Source: Balanoglossus misakiensis
Taxonomy: Eukaryota; Animalia; Hemichordata
Direction: 5' to 3'
Length of the DNA stretch: 64,000 nt
Assembly: GCA_040954595.2 (NCBI GenBank)
Contig: CM082591.2
Coordinates: forward strand, 7,306,047 to 7,370,046
In this document: positions 10,925 to 25,300 of the stretch, piece after piece
Layout: every line of letters begins with the position of its first letter
Numbering within the stretch: position 1 is the stretch's first letter
Notes under the pieces: model-generated
Database searches by the model: none
What the model was told of the DNA's origin: nothing
What the model saw: the letters and a program-made list of their open reading frames with translations, nothing else
Program-made: the position numbers and the translations under genes

Positions 10925-13306
10925 AAATGTGACCATATTTAGAAATACATGTAACCAATGAACTCTGACATGAGACAATGACAACTCTTTAATACCTCAG
11001 AGTTTGGACACTGTTCATCAAATACCAAAAATTTGCTGATTGTCTGACCACACAGAGAATACGCAAATCTACTTTAGCATGAGAGCAGCCAAATGCAAGA
11101 AAAAAATTATCCTACGATCACATATCTTTAAATGTTTTGAAAAATTTAGAAAGAAAACATGATACAATAATTTGACAAACATTTTTACCTAGTTCTGTAC
11201 TCATATTTAATATGCAGGACTCTATTTCAGAAAAAATATTGCATCAATACATGCTACCAGTCCACCACTACTAATCGACATAGAAATGCAGCATTTATTT
11301 TTGTCTATTACACATTATAAGCATCATTATTGGCACGGTTCCCCATCTTTCCATGATTTTTCGCAAGAGCACCAGTGATGCTGAAAATAGCCAGAAGTTA
11401 ATGAAACACCCAGCTGTCAGGTAAAAAAGCCTGCCATTATTGAAATTCTTCAATATCAATCACATGATCTAGCCATGTGACCCAGGGCGTTGTCATTTCC
11501 AAGTGACGGGCAAGCAATATTTCAGCATCCAGTAAAAGTTTTTCCCGGGTATGTTTGTACATGTACTTAAAAACCGCCAGACATGTAACATATATCACCA
11601 TGATCAGGCATGGTGCCTTATCAGCCTTATGGCATATTTCGTCTGCACAGTTGTCATCTGCACCATGTGGCTGAATTTGCCCGTCAGCTGGAAATTTGAA
11701 TGCCAACGTAACTGCGTCTGGGCGCGTCTGACGTCATTTGATATCGAAGAATAATCAAATATCAGATTGGTGGATCAATGCAAATGATGCTTTTTTATCA
11801 GCTTTAACCCTTTCACCCCTATTTCCAGTAGAAAGGTCCAGAACTGCTACAGAGAACAATGGAGTTGGACCAAACCATGGTGAACACGGCAGTATTTTGT
11901 GTGTGCAAAACCAAAATGACGAATAAGATGACGAGAGATGTCTACAGATTTTCACCCATAGTCATTATGTGCATTGAGGATGATTATCCATCCATCTTGT
12001 TCAGATCAGAAAATCCATGTATCAGGCATTCTGGACAGTGTATTCACGATGCTATCCATCTTCTATAGATCTTGGACACAGCAATTCTACACCATGTACT
12101 TTTTGTGATCTCATGACAAAATGTGACCATATTTAGAAATACATGTAACCAATGAACTCTGACATGAGACAATGACAACTCTGTAATACCTCAGAGTTTG
12201 GACACTGTTCATCAAATACCAAGAATTTGCTGATTGTCTGACCACACAGAGAATACGCAAATCTACTTTAGCATGAGAGCAGCCAAATGCAAGAAAAAAA
12301 TTATCCTACGATCACATATCTTTAAATGTTTTGAAAAATTTAGAAAGAAAACATGATACAATAATTTGACAAACATTTTTACCTAGTTCTGTACTCATAT
12401 TTAATATGCAGGACTCTATTTCAGAAAAAATATTGCATCAATACATGCTACAACTACTAATCGACATAGAAATGCAGCATTTATTTTTGTCTATTACACA
12501 TTATAAGCATCATTATTGGCACGGTTACGCATCTTTCCATGATTTTTTGCAAGAGCATCAGTGATGCTGAAAATAGCCAGAAGTTAATGAAAAACCCAGC
12601 TGTCAGGTAAAAAAAGCCTGCCATTATTGAAATTCTTCAATATCAATCACGTGATCTGGCCATGTGACCCAGGGCGTTGTCATTTCCAGGTGACTGGCAA
12701 GCAATATTTCAGCATCCAGTAAAAGTTTTTTCCGGGTATGTTTGTACATGTACTTTAGAACCGCCAGACATGTAACATGTATCACCATGATCAGGCATGG
12801 TGCCTCATCAGCCTCAACTTCAAGGCATTATGTTTGTACAGTAGTTATCAGCACCACATCGCTGAAGTTGCCCCGTCATCTGGAAATTTGAACTGCTCCT
12901 GAATGTGTCTGACGTCATTTGATATCGAAGAATAATCAAATATCGGATTGGTGGATCAATGCAAATGTTGTTTTTTTATCAGCTTTAACCCTTTCACCCC
13001 TATTCCCAGTAGAAAGGTCCAGAACTGCTACAGAGAACAATGGAGTTGGACCAAACCATGGTGAACACGGCAGTATTTGTGTGTGTGCAAAACCAAAATG
13101 ACGAATAAGATGACGAGAGATGTCTACAGATTTTCACCCATAGTCATTATGTGCATTGAGGATGATTATCCATCCATCTTGTTCAGATCAGAAAATCCAT
13201 GTATCAGGCATTCTGGACAGTGTATTCACGATGCTATCCATCTTCTATAGATCTTGGACACAGCAATTCTACACCATGTACTTTTTGTGATCTCATGACA
13301 AAATGT
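10925..13306. repeat. ~1.19-kb tandem duplication (2 copies) downstream of the ACSS3 stop codon
   Basis: Copy 1 ~10925-12118, copy 2 ~12119-13306. Near-identical outside the embedded MITE; aaatgt is present at all three junctions. Confidence 0.95.
11447..11750. mobile_element. MITE family D (~300 bp, CTT...AAG termini, AATT-type flanks)
   Basis: Terminal inverted repeat cttcaatatcaa / ttgatatcgaag. Copies at ~12635-12930, 30589-30884 (inverted, aatt on both sides) and ~54486-54759. Confidence 0.75.
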
Positions 13307-13307
13307 T

Positions 13308-16300
13308 CTAAAGAGTTGGCCGACTGACTTTTGTGAGTCCAATACTTTCCAGAACCTCTCTCACTTCATCATAAGCCTCTGGTTGTTCAATGGTTGGTGG
13401 AATCTAAAATTGAATCAAAGAATTCAATCATTAGACTGTCATTTCTTTCAAGCTCCAGTACCTTGATCCAACAAGCTCTTTTCTGCAGGCTTGTGAAATA
13501 TTTTGACAGCCGAGTCAACATTCAGTCGCTTCTGCTGGTAATTTTTTCAGGCCAAGCTGGTTCCAGATAAATCAAGCCATTCAACCTGGTCAAATTACAC
13601 ACATGGCAAAGAAACAAAAGATATCCAACTCGGTCACAGTACGTCCAGTGGCCCATAGTGACCATACATATTTTATCACGTTCCATATCTGGCAGGGAAA
13701 AGTGATTTTTTTTAACACAGTTCAAATGCTATCTCACCTTAAAAGGTTGTCCATTGGCCATCGACATCAGTGTTGACCTTGAGATCTTTCCAGATTTAGT
13801 TTTCGGCAATTTTGTCACAATGACCGCTTTCTTGAATGCAGCAACAGGTCCTATTGATTCCCGGACAATCTGCACAACTTCATTCATTATGTTGTGGTGA
13901 GACTTGTTGACATCTGACAAGAAAATAAAACATGTAAGGTTTCAAAGTAGGATTTCACTTTTTCACTAATGAAGTCTGATCTGGAACTGAGACCTTTGGC
14001 CCAACTACCGTAGTTTTGTTTACAATCAGTAAACGCGCTACCCGCATTATCTGTTTTGACTATTTTTTCCAGTATTTTTTTCCGAGTATCAATCATGGTT
14101 TCTTGTTCAGCTCCCCAAAGCACAGGGCGCTCGATCTCAAAAAATAAAAAAATAAATAAAAATAAATTTGTTGTTGTTGTTGAAAATGATAATGATTAGA
14201 TATTAAAAAGAAATAAAAATATATTGAAAGTTCGTAAATTTGTTGTTGCTGTTTTTCTTGAAGCTGTTGTTGTTGCTAGTCGATCGTACTTTCAACATAT
14301 TTTTAGCCTGGAACATAAACTCATTAAACTTTTTTGCACATTTTGTTATTTTTTCTGTTACAAAATTATATAATGGTTGGTCCAGTATCACTTTAGCTTA
14401 ATGAACTCCTATTTCTTAAACATGGCAAAAATTGGCCATCTTGAAATTGTGTCGACCATATGAGATTTTCATCACTCACTTAGGTAGCAAAAGACTTATT
14501 TAATGTAGGGAGGATTACAAATATATTTACCAGCTTTGAGAACACACAGTCCTAGAGGCACATGTCCTTTCAGAGTATCTTTAATCCCAATAACTGCACA
14601 TTCTGCCAAATCCTCATGTTCCAACATAGCCTATCACAGCAAATAACATGACACTGATCAGTTTGATGACAAAATCAGAAATGTGCACATTGAACCGGGG
14701 GTACAACAATGTAACCTACGGCATACTAAAAAACTCTCGTTTCGGTTTTCGTTAATAAGGCAACGAGGTCTACAATGACTGATATGCATTCATTTCTTGA
14801 CTTTTAAAGAAGAAGAAAATTGATTGAAAATCCACATCATATTCTGCATGTTCAGAAATGTTTTCGACCAGCGATGAATATGACTGTAAATCGAGTGAGA
14901 AATTGTGTTCAGTTTTCTTCGAAAATATTGAAACAAAACTGGATAGATTTTGAATGAAATAAACAGTATTTAACTCTGTAGCATATGTCGCACATAAGCA
15001 ATATTGGCCTACTACACATGTGTATGTACAATGCCTGCTTGTTTTAGATACAGAAAATGAACCCCGGCCATTTATATAGGAATCAAACTGCTTGTATATC
15101 CAAAGAAAATCCCTGTCCCTCAAGAGATTTGGATAATCGACGTTCTACATTATACATAAATGGTGACATCATCATTTTATGTGCTCACCTCCTCCAAAGC
15201 ACCACTGGATAACCTATGACCTGCCACATTGATGACATCATCAGCTCTTGACATGACGGACACGTAACCATCTTTATCTCTGGTACCAGCATCCATAGTG
15301 TCATAGTAAGTCTGCAAATGAGCATATAGTTGATTACATATGCAAATATCCACACCACAAATTATAGGAAACTACATGTACTACATGTACATTCAAACAG
15401 CTAGTGGTTAAGTGGTTAAGCATTTTCATTTCTGCAATACTTCCTGTTGAAGCAAATTAATTTTACATTGAAGGGTGACGATCGTCTTATGCGCAATGCC
15501 ATAAAGCAATGTGCTGTACTAACAACAGACAAGATGGCGGCGACCATAGTCTGTGTTGGAAATCATGAAAAAATGGGTGAAAAAAGGGAAAAAATTGAAG
15601 TCTACTTGTGCGTCAAACACAAAATTTACAGAACATTTAGATTGGAAATGATGTTTGAACACACAAAATTATGTACATGTGCAGAATCGTCTTAGACTAT
15701 TGTCGGCCTTTTCAAATGTATCATCTGTCTCTAGAATAAATTCATTTTCCTACAATACCACACATTTTTTGTAACTTTCTATAATATCAAATTTGATCTG
15801 AACATTTTAATCGGTTAATGCAACCATACTTACCTTGTCTTTATTGAAATACAAGTTAGCAAATTTTTCATCGTTCTCCCAGAGAGTTGACATGAATCCT
15901 GGTGGCAGAGGTAAGCTGATTGAAGTAAAAATGAATGATTTTATTCAGAAAATGGAGTTAGAGAAGTTAAAGAACTCAGCATGCATTGCACTCTATTGTA
16001 TTTATCTCAGATATATCTTCTGATCAATACAGAGGTTCCGATTATTTTCCTTTGCATACTTTAATACGCATTCAGAATTTACTTTGCATAAAATGTAACA
16101 AATTGCATAGGCCATTAAAAGCCTGTAATACATGTAGAATGCCACCGTACATTATTACAAAGTATAATCTTTCAAGTCGCCTGAGTAAAAATTGAAACTT
16201 TTCTGTGTGTAAATGGTGCAAAGTTAAGTGCATGTCCGCATTATTTTCAGCTTGAAAGCCTTGCTGAATACAATTTGCATTTTCTATGGGAAGTAAAGTG

Positions 16301-19300
16301 GCTTGCTCAAGGACACATAACCACATCCATGCCAGGGCTCGAACCCTCCAATCATGAATGGGGAGGGGGAGGCTTGATGGCTGGGTGGTCATAGCTAAAG
16401 TTATTCACTGGTTTCAGAATCTGTGTATGCTTGACAGTTGATAATGTTCACTTTCTCATCATAATCATAGCTAATTTATATAGACAAGTGAGCCACACTG
16501 TAATACAGCTCGAAAGTAATGAAAAACAAAGGTAAAATGTAGATATATGCACTATACGAAATTTCGTTGCTGTTATTATTATACCACCCAGTAAAGATTT
16601 GCATAATCCACTTTACTTGATGACAATTTGTCCCAACTCAGCAGGTCCTGTTTCTCTGCCTTCCTGGTTGATTACCCTCACTGCAAATGAAAGAATAAAT
16701 GGTTTTAGTTTATTTGCTTCATGAGAGAATTTGTTTGTGTTGAATGATATACCAGTAGGAGTTTGGTTACAATAGCATCACTTTTCACATTGCAACATTT
16801 ATTCAATGTGTTACATTTACTCAACACACCAAGAGTTGGAAAAAAAATATTTGAACACTGATCACGAGATGAATGAGTCTTGCCAACAAAACTGCCAGTG
16901 TTTATATGATAACAACAGATCAGATTAAAGCAGACACAGTAAAACCAGTCTAAACCAAACCCTGTCTAATTTGGAAACCTGTCTAATCTGGAAACCTGTC
17001 TAAACCAAACACCTTTTTCAGTTCCTTTGACATAGAACTGCATGCTAAAATAATCTCTATAAACTGGACACCTCTGCAAACCCAACAGTTTCTTCAGTCC
17101 CTTTGGTGTTCAGTTTACACACTTTACTTGTAATTGGATCTCATAACAGGTAATTAAAATGTCTGCTGAAAGAACATACAAACACAGAATACCACAAAGC
17201 AATTACATATTGCGGATGTGATATATATATTTTTGTTCAATGTGGTCTAAAATTTGAGTGGAGTACCTACCATCCCATCCTGGTACTGGTCTACCAGTGC
17301 AACCTGAGGGTGGATACAAGTTGGTATCTAGACCAATATTGGTAGCTGTGATCGGCCAGCCACTCTCTGCAAAGCAAGAACAATTGATATGGTTACAGGT
17401 GTGATAATATGAACCTTTTTAATTCAAGAATACTTTAAATTAGTATACACAGGGTTCTGTCCAGGTTGACATGAGTTCCGTCTCCTCATTAATATTCATT
17501 TTCATAAATAAGATTGACATAAGCAAATATGGCCGCCACTGTTGGAAAATGCAAAATACAATGAAAACATTGCACTCCCCACGTTGAAACAAAGCAAAAT
17601 CTCATCCACTGAAACACATGAAAGTAAATGTACTGCACTGAGACATTACATTTTCATTTTTCATTGCAATACTTTTCTAAATTGCAGCAATTTTCAATTT
17701 ATCTGATCATTTTGTCATAAGTGTTATCTTGATATACTATCAGGCAGTATCATTTTATAGACAGAAATGAAAGCATATCCAAGATTATTTAAAGCTTTAC
17801 AAATGTTAAAGAGTTGCAGCTCATGGGGCTTGATGATTTATTCTGGAAGGATTAACTAACTGACTGACCAGTTTGCCACCAATGATCCAACACAGGAACA
17901 TTCAATCCTTGTTTGGCCCAGTCCATTGTCTCATGGTCACAGTGCTCTCCAGCAACAAACAAGGCACGGAAACTGAAATCAGAGAATCTAAGGTCACATA
18001 GTGGAAGGTGATCAAATTCAAGCATACACTACAGCAGTGTTCTCCCCGGAGCAATTAAAGCATGGTGGCCACCACTCTTTACTTTTGAGAAGACAATAGA
18101 ACGTAATTAACATAACAATTAATTTTATTGTTATGCAAATTAGCCATCCTCCTTTTCCCAAATACTGGGGAGAACACTGCTACAGCAATACATCTTAGAC
18201 GGCTCTCTAGTTCATAGACTTTGTTCAGGGTGTAGTTAGTGGAACAGTGGTCTGGTATTCTCTGACCATAATACTGTTGATACCTTCAGAGAATCTAAGG
18301 TCACATTCAAAGCTACATTCACTGTAATTTTTCGCTATGTTTTCAGGTATTTTTGGTTTGCGTATCTTCTTAAAACTCAGAAGCATAAGGGAATACCGAG
18401 TATCCAGTATGTTAACACAACCTATACCACCTCTATATAGTGGCCACTTTGTAAAAGTCCCTGTGCAATTTAACATGTACATTCATTGACCGGTCTATAA
18501 AGGCCAGTTTAGGAAAGTCTCTTTAGTGGCCACTATAGACAGGTTTGACGGTACATGCAAAGGTATAGGGCTGACTCAGAGACATTTCTAGAAATCCTCA
18601 AATTGACTCAATGCTTATAAAGGGACAAAGTCTCTCTCTCTCTCGCTGCCCTTTTTTCCATTAATTATGTTTGATACAAGACACCGTTAATGTTATTCCC
18701 CATGTGGATATATAGTGACTCAACGTTAAACCACACACACCTTCCATCCCACTTGTAGTCATGAGAGTGAAAAACATGAATAATATTCATTTTGGCGAGA
18801 TTTTTACTCTCATATCCTACAAACGGGGTGAAAGTTGTGTGTTGTTGAACGTTGATTCACTATATACCCACATGTAGAATAATGTAAACGGTGTCTTGTA
18901 TCAAACATAATTAATGGAAAAAGGGCAGCAAGAGAGAGACTTTGTTCCTTTAAAAATAATGTAAGTAGCTCTAAAGTCTTCACCTTTGTAATGGATATCT
19001 TGTCATCACTTCACATCGAGGGTCTTCCCGTCTGATGGCACGTAAAGCGGTCGGTGCAGTGAACAACGTCACCACATCATGTTCCTGTGCAACTCTCCAG
19101 AATGCGCCGCAGTCAGGGGTGCCCACTGGTTTACCCTGTTAGAGAAGAGACACAAAAAACGAACACTAAACTAAACTATGATTTTTCAGAAAGAAAATTA
19201 TCTGACACTAGCTTTTTCAAATTGTTTCCTTTTTAATGCACAGAAGCTTTGTTAACACAAGAAATTAACAAGTAAGTTTATTTAAAAATGATTGTGTAAA

Positions 19301-22300
19301 TTTTTTGATTGTGTGAAAATTGCACTGTATATGTAAGCGTACATGGATGGAGGGATATAGGGAGTATGTGTTACTGTATTTATATATTATTCGCTAACAT
19401 ATTTTAAACCTTTCACCCCCGGTTACCTCTTTAGAGATCCAACTTCACCATAGAAAACAATGGGTTTGGACTGAACCATGGTGGTGAAAGGGTTATTAAA
19501 ACCTATTCAAGTATGTAAGCAATATTTTGCTGTCAAGAATTAATTATTTTACTTTCCATACAGATGATACAATAGAGGTACTCAATTTTCAATTTTGCAG
19601 AAAACTTGCAAATGATATCATATCAGCAGCAGAGGGTGCAAAGGGTTCCGATTACCATATTTGTAATGACCTTTGACTGACAAACAGCTGATAAATTTAA
19701 ACCTAGCTTTGATTAATAAAGGAACTGATTACCGTATATTCTCACAAATAAGCGCCACCCTTGATTAGGCGCCAGTGATACCTGACTTTGCTACTTTTTA
19801 CTTAAAATTAAGCGCCAGGAATTTTTTTTTTTTGAGGTGTGTGGACGTACGTGAATCATGACAAGTACTACCGAGGTAACATCTGTTTAGGGGTCTTGTC
19901 AAAATCAACGGGGGCTTGTGCTATTTATTTACAAGATGAAATCGGGCACATGTCAACCTCCTAATTTATGTAAATTATCACACTGCAAAAGACACAGGTG
20001 CCGGGCGTCTAGACACTTGTCTTTTTCCTGTCGATCGATCGGCAGCCGCTTACGTTACCACGTTACCACGTTACCGGCACTACCACCCAAGTTTGACCAT
20101 ATGGCCAGGGCTTTGAAATAATAGGACTAGTTTCAAGCTGTGAATGTTTGCGGTATTAATTTTCTCGTGAATATTCACGCAACCTGAGTATTCAGGCAAC
20201 CTTGCCTGACCTTACATGTGTGAGAGCATGATGACAAAGACGCACTTGGACTAAACCACTATACGTCAGTAGATTTTGTTGATGGTTCAGCCAGCATACT
20301 GTAATGCTGCTCGTAGTATTCACTTCGTTGACAACTTTTTATTTCTGGAATATTTTTTAGATAATACATTGAACTGACTGTATTTGAATAGAAAATGTTA
20401 AAACTTTACATATGAATTTGAAACAGCCATTCATTCACTGCGGACACTCCCTTACGAGAACACTGATTGGAACGTCCCAAATGAATCAACAGGGTACAGT
20501 ATACAGGACGATCCATGAATAAGCGCCACCGGTTCTTGAAAAGACTCATTTCTGCCTTTGTTTAGGCGCCACCAAAATTTGAAATGGTTAAAAAGTGGCG
20601 CTTATTTGTGAGAATATACGGTATATCATAACTTATTTAACCCTATTGCTACCGGGGGTTATATCTGGTTAGAGTGTCAAGTCCCTTAAAATACGTATTT
20701 GCCACTTTTTCTTCTGAAACGTATTTTGACTGTCTTGACATGGCTCTCATACGTACTTAGACACACTTGGCAGTCTGAGCCCCCCATTGTAAAATGTACC
20801 AAATCGTACTGGTTTGCACCGGTTTGGTTTGAGGGTGTTGTATCGGCCCTACTGATTAACACACACTTGGCAGCCTAACAGGCCTGGGAGCCAGGATTCT
20901 AGGCACCCTGGAAATCAAACCAGTTCATACTGACTTGGCAGCATTAGGGATAATGATATAAGTAAGAAGAAATAAATTAGAAATTGTTTAACCCTTTCAC
21001 CCCCAGTTCCCTCTCTAGAGGTCCAAGTCTACCATAGAAAACAGTGTGTTTGGACTAAACCATGGTGGTCAAAGGGTTAAACAGTCCAAGCAACTCAATT
21101 TGCAGCTAAACTATTAATCTCAAGCACTGCACCCAATGATTGCAAATACAACTTACCTCATAGACAATAGATGTGTTTCCATGCAACAAGGGTCCATAGC
21201 AGATATAGGAATGTCCCACTACCCAGCCAAGATCAGAAGCTGCCCACCAGACCTGTAGTAGGGAAAATATTGAGACATTAAGTGAGAAATTGAGAATGCA
21301 ATAAACACTGTTACAGTGTCAATCGATGTAATGATTCTGCTAGAATATAATAGGAGCACCTCATTTCATCTCATTTCATCACTGTGTGGATGGATGGTAC
21401 TTTTCAGCGAGCAGCTGAAGGTAACTCGAAACTGGATTGAGCGTGTAGAATGCGTAGCCCCCCCCCTAGAAATCTCACCAAAACACACAAAAGATCGTTA
21501 TAAATGGTCAAAGAGGATAGCAGGTATGAATTTGGACATGGAATGAGTGGTATCAATGCCATTTTATTTAATAAATTTTGCCTCTGTGTGAGTGAAAACA
21601 TCTTCTGAACTTGCCAATGCATCTGTCGAAATGGGATTTGGTTTCATGACTTGTCCCTTTTCTGTGTCACAGGCGATCGCCATTTAAACGCACAACCCCC
21701 ACATGACTGTGATGATTATGAAATGTGAAATGTATCACCAAGAAGTTTCAAAGGTCAAGTGAGGTCATTGTTTACCTCTCCAGGTTCAACACCATAAATG
21801 TTCTTCATCGTCCAATACAAAGCCACAGCATGGCCACCACAGGGTCTGGTCACAGCCTGTGCAGAAACAATGTCACATTAACAACTATGAGGGTCATTTC
21901 ACACAGCATCACCAGTCTTCAGGAAACATTAAAGTGAAGGGGTCGTCGCGCCGCGTTTGTTTGCTTATAAACATTACAATTCTGGCTGCCTTAAAATAGG
22001 TTTTTACTTTGCGCTAGGGGGTCAAATCACATTGCATTCTGGTCGAAAAGTCGACAACCCACTGTAGTAAGAGATAGAAGAAATGATATGTTTACTGTAT
22101 TTCATGACTTCCTTTGGTCAAAGAAATTGTGTCGACCATATGAGATTTTAATCACCCACCTAGGTAGCCAAAAACCTATTTAAGGCAGGGAGAATTCATC
22201 CACAAATCCCTAAAATTAGATCATTCTTAGAATGAACGAAGCAGCCAACCCTACAATAGCAAAGACCGGGCATGACAGCAACTGAAGATCCTTGCTGGTC

Positions 22301-25300
22301 GTGGCGACTGCAGTGAGGTTTGTGCTGGTATGGCAGGACATATTCTCATCAAGGGGGACACCCACGCGGCGCAACGACCCCTTCCCTTTAAAGGGCGACG
22401 ATCGTCCTATTCCATGGTTGAAAGTAAAATCATGCAAAACTATGGCTGCTATTTGGGCTTTAAAAAAAGGTAGATACATAATGTATATCAATAAACTACC
22501 TTTGGTGTACCAGTAGTGCCCGATGTATACAACAGATATATGGGATCTGTGGCTTTCACTGGAACACACTCATGTGGTCGCGTTGTGGACATCTCTTCCT
22601 CCCAATTCAAATCACGATCAGGAAACAATTGTGCTGATTTCTGCAAACATCAAAACAAAAACCCTATTATTATTCTTTTTGATGAAAACTATGGGCCATA
22701 GATAGGGGTCAAGGAAATGGCACCATTGCCGGTAGGTGCTTCATCCACAAAATATGAAACCTGTACCTCTTATAGATACGTAGTAATTTGCAATGTGATA
22801 TTCAGGTCAAAGGTCATCAAGGTCAAGTGACATGTCCACAAAAAAAACAGACCTCTTACCTTTACGAGTTAGCCTAATATTAGCAATGTGCATATACATT
22901 GTATAATAAGGGTCAAAAGTCAGGGGTAACCCCCTAATTTTTGTATAAATTCTGGTCCCATATTTTTTCACGTCCACCAAAACCAGACCTCTTGCTCTTG
23001 ATTGGTTAGCCTGGAATTAGATATATGCATATTTAATGAGACTGTACTTACCATGGGCCTGTCGTAGATAATGCATTTATAAGGTTTGTGTTCACTCATG
23101 TCGATGGCCTGATCCAGCAATGGTTTATAATCAACAATCCTGGTTGGTTCTAACCCACATGATGCCGAGACAATCACTTTTGGCTGTGAAGAAAAAAAAC
23201 ACAAATTTGGATTTAAACTGCAGGATTCAAATTCCTGAAACATGATAAATTGTCCAACATTTAGCTTATCAACACATCAGTACAGATATTGCATAGTCAA
23301 CATTGTTATTGTGAAAAAATTTGAATTCAAGTCTGGATTGTAATTTATTTGTCAACAATAACAATGGCCGTTGCACACATACAGGCTACATGTATTTCGA
23401 CAAGCCAAGTACTGGGTTTATTAGCATGCTGTTTAGACTAGAATGAGAAATTACATTAGGTACACAGAACAAAAATACTGAAAATAAAGCAAAAAATTAC
23501 AGCTAATGTCCCTTTAATAGCTGGACCACTGCTCGTGAAATGAGAATCAGGCCGCAAGACATTTCCAAGGAGCAGTGTTCTGTGTGATGGCTGATTTGCA
23601 TATTAATTTGCATGTCTTGTACATATCATTAGCATTAATTTTGCTTTGGAGCCTGGAGTCCTTGCAACTGCATATGGAGTTTCCACCTTAGACTCTCCCA
23701 CAGCCCACGGTTCGCTACGCGCCCTCAACCGTTTGGCAAGGGAGAAGCACCGTCTGGTGTTGTGTAGCTAACCTCTCGGCAGACACACATGCAATCAGAA
23801 CATAAGCCTGCATGGACGACAAGAGGGGCTGTGAGAGAGTCTATTTCCACCCATACTTGGCACAGTCTCTGTTTCTACCAGCAGCTACATCATACATAGA
23901 ACTTAGAAGACATTCATTCAATCTTTCAATAAAAGATGCACTTGTATGACATTATGATTTGTACTTTTATTAACATTAAAGGAGTCCATACCTTGGCATG
24001 GTTGATACGTGTACTGAGTTCCTTGGAAGCGAATCCACCAAACACTAAGGAATGGATAGCACCAATTCTAGCACATGCCAGCATTGTGACCACAGCTTGA
24101 GGAATCATAGGCATATAGATGAGTACCCTGTCACCCATGACAACATTATGCTTTGTCAGTACACCAGCAAAAGTGGAGACCTGTAAAAAAGATGAATTTA
24201 TTAGTGAATAAGGGAATGAATCATTGTTCACACACTGACACACACACATGTAATGCTATAATCTATCAAATGAGACTTCACATGTGAAACTGCCCAATTT
24301 TCGACTTGGTTTTAATATGATGGAACTAGGATACTTGACATCTCTTCCTGGTGTCAGATCCTGATGTGACCTGTGATGTTGTAGTCAATTTTGTACGAAT
24401 TATACATTCAACCATACTACATAAAAATGTTTTATGACTGAGCTATGTGTAAAATTTTGTAGTACGACAATAGTAGAGTTTTCTAGCTATTCCCAATGTA
24501 ATCCTATGGAAAAAAAGATGAATGCACAGTTTTCCAGGTTATGTTCTGTGCGTACATCCTTAACCCTAACGCTGCCAAGTCGGTTGAAACTGGTTTGATT
24601 TCCAGGGTGCCTAGAATCCTGGCTCCCAGGCCTGTTAGACTGCCAAGTGTGTGTTAATCAGTAGGGCCTATACAAGACCCTCAGACCAATACAGTGCAAA
24701 CCAGTGTGATTTGGTACATTTTACATGTACAGGGGGCTCAGACTGCCAAGTGTGTCTAAGTACGTATGAGAGCCATGTCAAGACAGTCAAAATACGTTCT
24801 AGAAGAAAAAGTGGCAAATACGTATTTTAAGGGACTTGACACTCTAAACAGGTATGACACCCAGTAGCATTAGGGTTAAGATTGGGAGCCAATGAGCAAA
24901 GATTTTTTTCCAGTCTTAGCAAATAGAAATACCTGCTGCAAAAGTTCTGCATATGTAATTTTCTGTTGTGTACCAGTGATTGGACTATCATGAATCAACG
25001 CCACCTGGTCTCCGCGCCCAGCCTCTACATGTCTATCCACTGCATCATAACAGGTGTTCATTTCCCCACCAACAAACCTGAAATACAAAGAGAAGCAACA
25101 TAAATACAGAAATATTATGATCAATAAATACATGTACATTTTATTTCACCAGTAAAATGTTAACAAGACAACAAGCCCCAGCAACTCTAGTGTTTGACTA
25201 TTTATTCAGTATTTTTGGTACTTAATCGTTCTACTTTGGATAGCTTTATGAAATGTTCAGTCTTTAAATTTTACAGAGTAGAACAAGAAACCACAATATT

